Of a stretch of DNA of 49,534 bases, positions 46,820 through 49,534 are shown one piece after another. A program made the translations under genes and the position numbers. This DNA comes from Octopus bimaculoides. Taxonomy: Eukaryota. The notes under the pieces are model-generated. The model did not search any database. It was not told where the DNA came from and saw nothing but the letters and a program-made list of their open reading frames with translations. The DNA lies in NCBI RefSeq assembly GCF_001194135.2, contig NC_068988.1, forward strand, positions 37,405,678 through 37,455,211. The letters are read 5' to 3'. The stretch's first letter is position 1, and every line of letters begins with the position of its first letter.

Positions 46820-49300
46820 AGCATTCAAAAAAGGTTCATATTTTGCGATAAAATATGCTTCTTTGCTAATGCGCTGAATATAGGTTGCATTGTCCCTGTA
46901 TTCATGGAGGGAAAAATTCTAAAGTTGGGTTGTTCGTTAGTGGCGCAAATATCGATGTGCTCGATTAATCATATTTTTCTCTATTCCCGTATTTTAATCT
47001 GGGGACTATGTACCGTCGTCCTCTATATTGTTTTCTTCACCATGAGCAAGTTAATACATATATTGGGTTTTCCGAAGCTCATGTGAAGTTGCTTTTACTG
47101 TAAAACGTTGATCCTGTTTGAAAGAGAATTCCCACCCCTCAGTTAGGCTGACACATATACCACAGTTAGGTCTTCCGAATTTTTTTACTGTCGGTTTCAA
47201 TGTTGTTGACGAGTGTACTCGGGCCTGTGTTAGAAGACTTTTCATTGACTTGGGCTGTCTTTTGCTCCTTATGATGGTGTGCATTTGGAGAATTTGATCC
47301 ATTCTATGGTCTCTTTTTAGTAAAGGGATGTTCTGGAGGATGGTGTCGAAGGCCTCATTGTTTAAGGGATTGTGCGTGGATATGTATGGTAGAGCTTTTG
47401 GTTGTAAATCCTTCTTTAGTTTATGGCGTGCGGATGTTGAGTTGTAGGGCACAATGAAGCTTATTTCAATTAGTGATGATGGGTAGTTCCTGCTGAGTGT
47501 ATCCTTTAGCTCATGTAGTCGAGTGTCCTTTGTGCTTGTATCACATACTATAGTACAAATCCTTTTTGTCGGGTTGTAAGGGATTGGATATGCATTCTAA
47601 TGTGTCTGGGGGTGGAATGAATTGAACGGTATCTATTACTTGGAGTCCGTGGTCTTATAGTATACGTCTGTTTCTATTTTGTTGGATTTCTTAATGAGGA
47701 TGTGAAGGAAAGAAAGTTATTGATGGCTATATTCCATCGTAAATTGAATGTTTATGTCAAGTCCATTAAGAAATGCTCAAAATTCTTTAAGCCTCTCTAT
47801 ACTTTCGTGCCAAAGAATGAACCAGTCATGCCCATCGCAGCCCCCGAATTTTGTCGATAGAAGTTGTCATTAAATACGAAGAAGTTATTTTCCGACATGA
47901 ACTTTAGCTCTTCTATTACGAATTCTTTTTTGATGCGGTGTGGAAGTTCATTGGAGTAATTCTCAAGCCAGAATTGGCTTGCCTCTATTCCTAGGCTGTG
48001 AGGGATATTGGAATAGAGGTTGGCTACATCAAAGGCTACTAGTAGGGTGTTTTTATTTATTGTTTCAGAGAGGTAATTGAGCATATCTAGGTCGTCCCTT
48101 ATGTAGCTTTTGATATGCTTGAGGATTGGTTTTAAGAGGGTATCTAAAAAGGTACTGAGACGGTGAGATTCGCATGTGGGGCCTGCTATTATGGGTCTTA
48201 ATCTGACGTCATTAGGAGCACGTACCTTGACTATTATGTCTGTGGCTCCCCTGCATGCGTTGCTTATTTTTTCACTTTTGTGTATCTTAGGAATACCGTA
48301 GAATGGACTGGATTTACTATTGAAGATAGGCATATTCTCGTATTCGTTGTCGGTGAGCCCTACTCTGTATAGGCTTAACATTGTTTTTAGGCTTCTCATT
48401 ATTTTCTGCTGACTGTTGTGCCTTCTAATATGGATAGTACTAGGGTTATATAAAATACCGTGTCCATTAAGACTACTGCACTCCCTTTATCAGCCTCTTT
48501 GATTGTTATTGTTTTATCATCCTTGAATCTGCTCAGCTCAGACCATTCTTTTTTGTTGAAGTTTAGCTTGTATTTTTGTTTATGTATATCTTGATATGCG
48601 TAATTCGTGATGTGTTCACAGAAATGGTCAACAATTTTGTTTCTACCTTTTGATGGTGTGTAGTTATTTTTATTTCGAACTAATGATTCGTCCTCATTGT
48701 ATTTGTCATATAGTTCCTCGGTGAGTCGTAATTTTATACAGAATTCCGAAACGTCTTCTTTCATTTCGTTTTAATTGGGGAGTTGGTGGCGGGGGTGGGG
48801 TGTAAATTTGAGCCCGTTGGAGAGTATGTTGATTTGGTCTGGTGTTAGTTCTTCGTGAGTTAGATTGATGACTTTCATCATTTTTGGTTTCTCCTGTCTC
48901 TTTGTTCTCTCGTATCCCTGTGCTTGCGTACTGGGTCTAAAAAGATTATTGAGGTGATTGGACGGTATCTGTTATGTAGTTGTCCCGTGTTGTGGTGCGA
49001 TACCCTGTTGTTATTGAGTACCCTCTTGTTATGATTTATGGTGCAGATTCTTGGATGAGGACTAAGAATATGTCCCTATATGCCATGTTCAATGTTGGGT
49101 GGTGATTGAAAAGTGTGCCCCTATATCTCGTGATTGGATGTGGCGCTTTAGAGGGCCGTCATTGGTAATTATTTCATGTGGTATGGGTCTGTTGTACGTG
49201 GTTGTTAAGTGGATTGTTGGAATAAATATAACGTATCTCCTTATGGGGTGGAGGTTGTAATGTCTATCTCGCAAGTTATGAAGTTAGGGTTAGATATATA
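46820..49300 (-). mobile_element. Penelope-like element (RT, Cys linker, GIY-YIG), decayed
   Basis: VINLT..LT.DQ..ILSNGLKFTPTP; RLRPIIAGP; AFDVANLYSNIPH; YRQNSGAAMG; FILWH; GRPNCGIC linker (Neptune-like); IYVLTC; RISKEAYFIAKYEPFLN. The 5' boundary is approximate. Confidence 0.92.
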
Positions 49301-49471
49301 TTACCTCAAGGTACTAATATTGTTCATGTCAGTACGTTGGTACTTCGTGTACCCTCTATTATAATTATAAATTAATTATAAAATTTTATTGTATAGCCAT
49401 TTAACGGTATTATTGCTTCCTGGTCACTAATATTATTGTTAGTGTTATTAATTATTTATATATTTACTGCT

Positions 49472-49472
49472 G

Positions 49473-49534
<62 letters not shown>
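49472..49534. repeat. (TAA)n microsatellite
   Basis: Direct reading. Confidence 0.98.

Overview
Eukaryotic, AT-rich, repeat-saturated genomic DNA with 12 N-gaps. The SINE, LINE and microsatellite make-up looks like a cephalopod (Octopus-like) genome; this is inference from recalled repeat families, not a database result. I find no intact host protein-coding gene. Most ORFs in the supplied track are microsatellite or gap artefacts, or fragments of decayed transposons. Recognisable elements: many R4/Dong-like (RLE-type) LINE fragments, mostly 5'-truncated and sitting in (TAA)n tracts; two RTE LINEs, each broken and partly inverted at the same motif; a Gypsy integrase remnant; a DD34D mariner; a hAT/Buster-like transposase; a Penelope-like element (RT + GIY-YIG); and at least three tRNA-derived SINE families. 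Most interesting: (1) five minimal type-I hammerhead ribozyme motifs with palindromic stem III, one with an intact core at 36881-36928 inside an inverted repeat; (2) a 1.85-kb ORF1-only (zinc-knuckle, no RT/EN) retroelement inserted with a ~15-bp TSD into a SINE head, whose 3' tail resembles a SINE variant's tail; (3) a near-textbook minus-strand branch point, pyrimidine tract and CAG enclosing a 4-nt microexon followed by GTAAGT (28332-28335), suggesting the window is intronic in a minus-strand gene. Element boundaries are approximate unless a TSD or junction is quoted.
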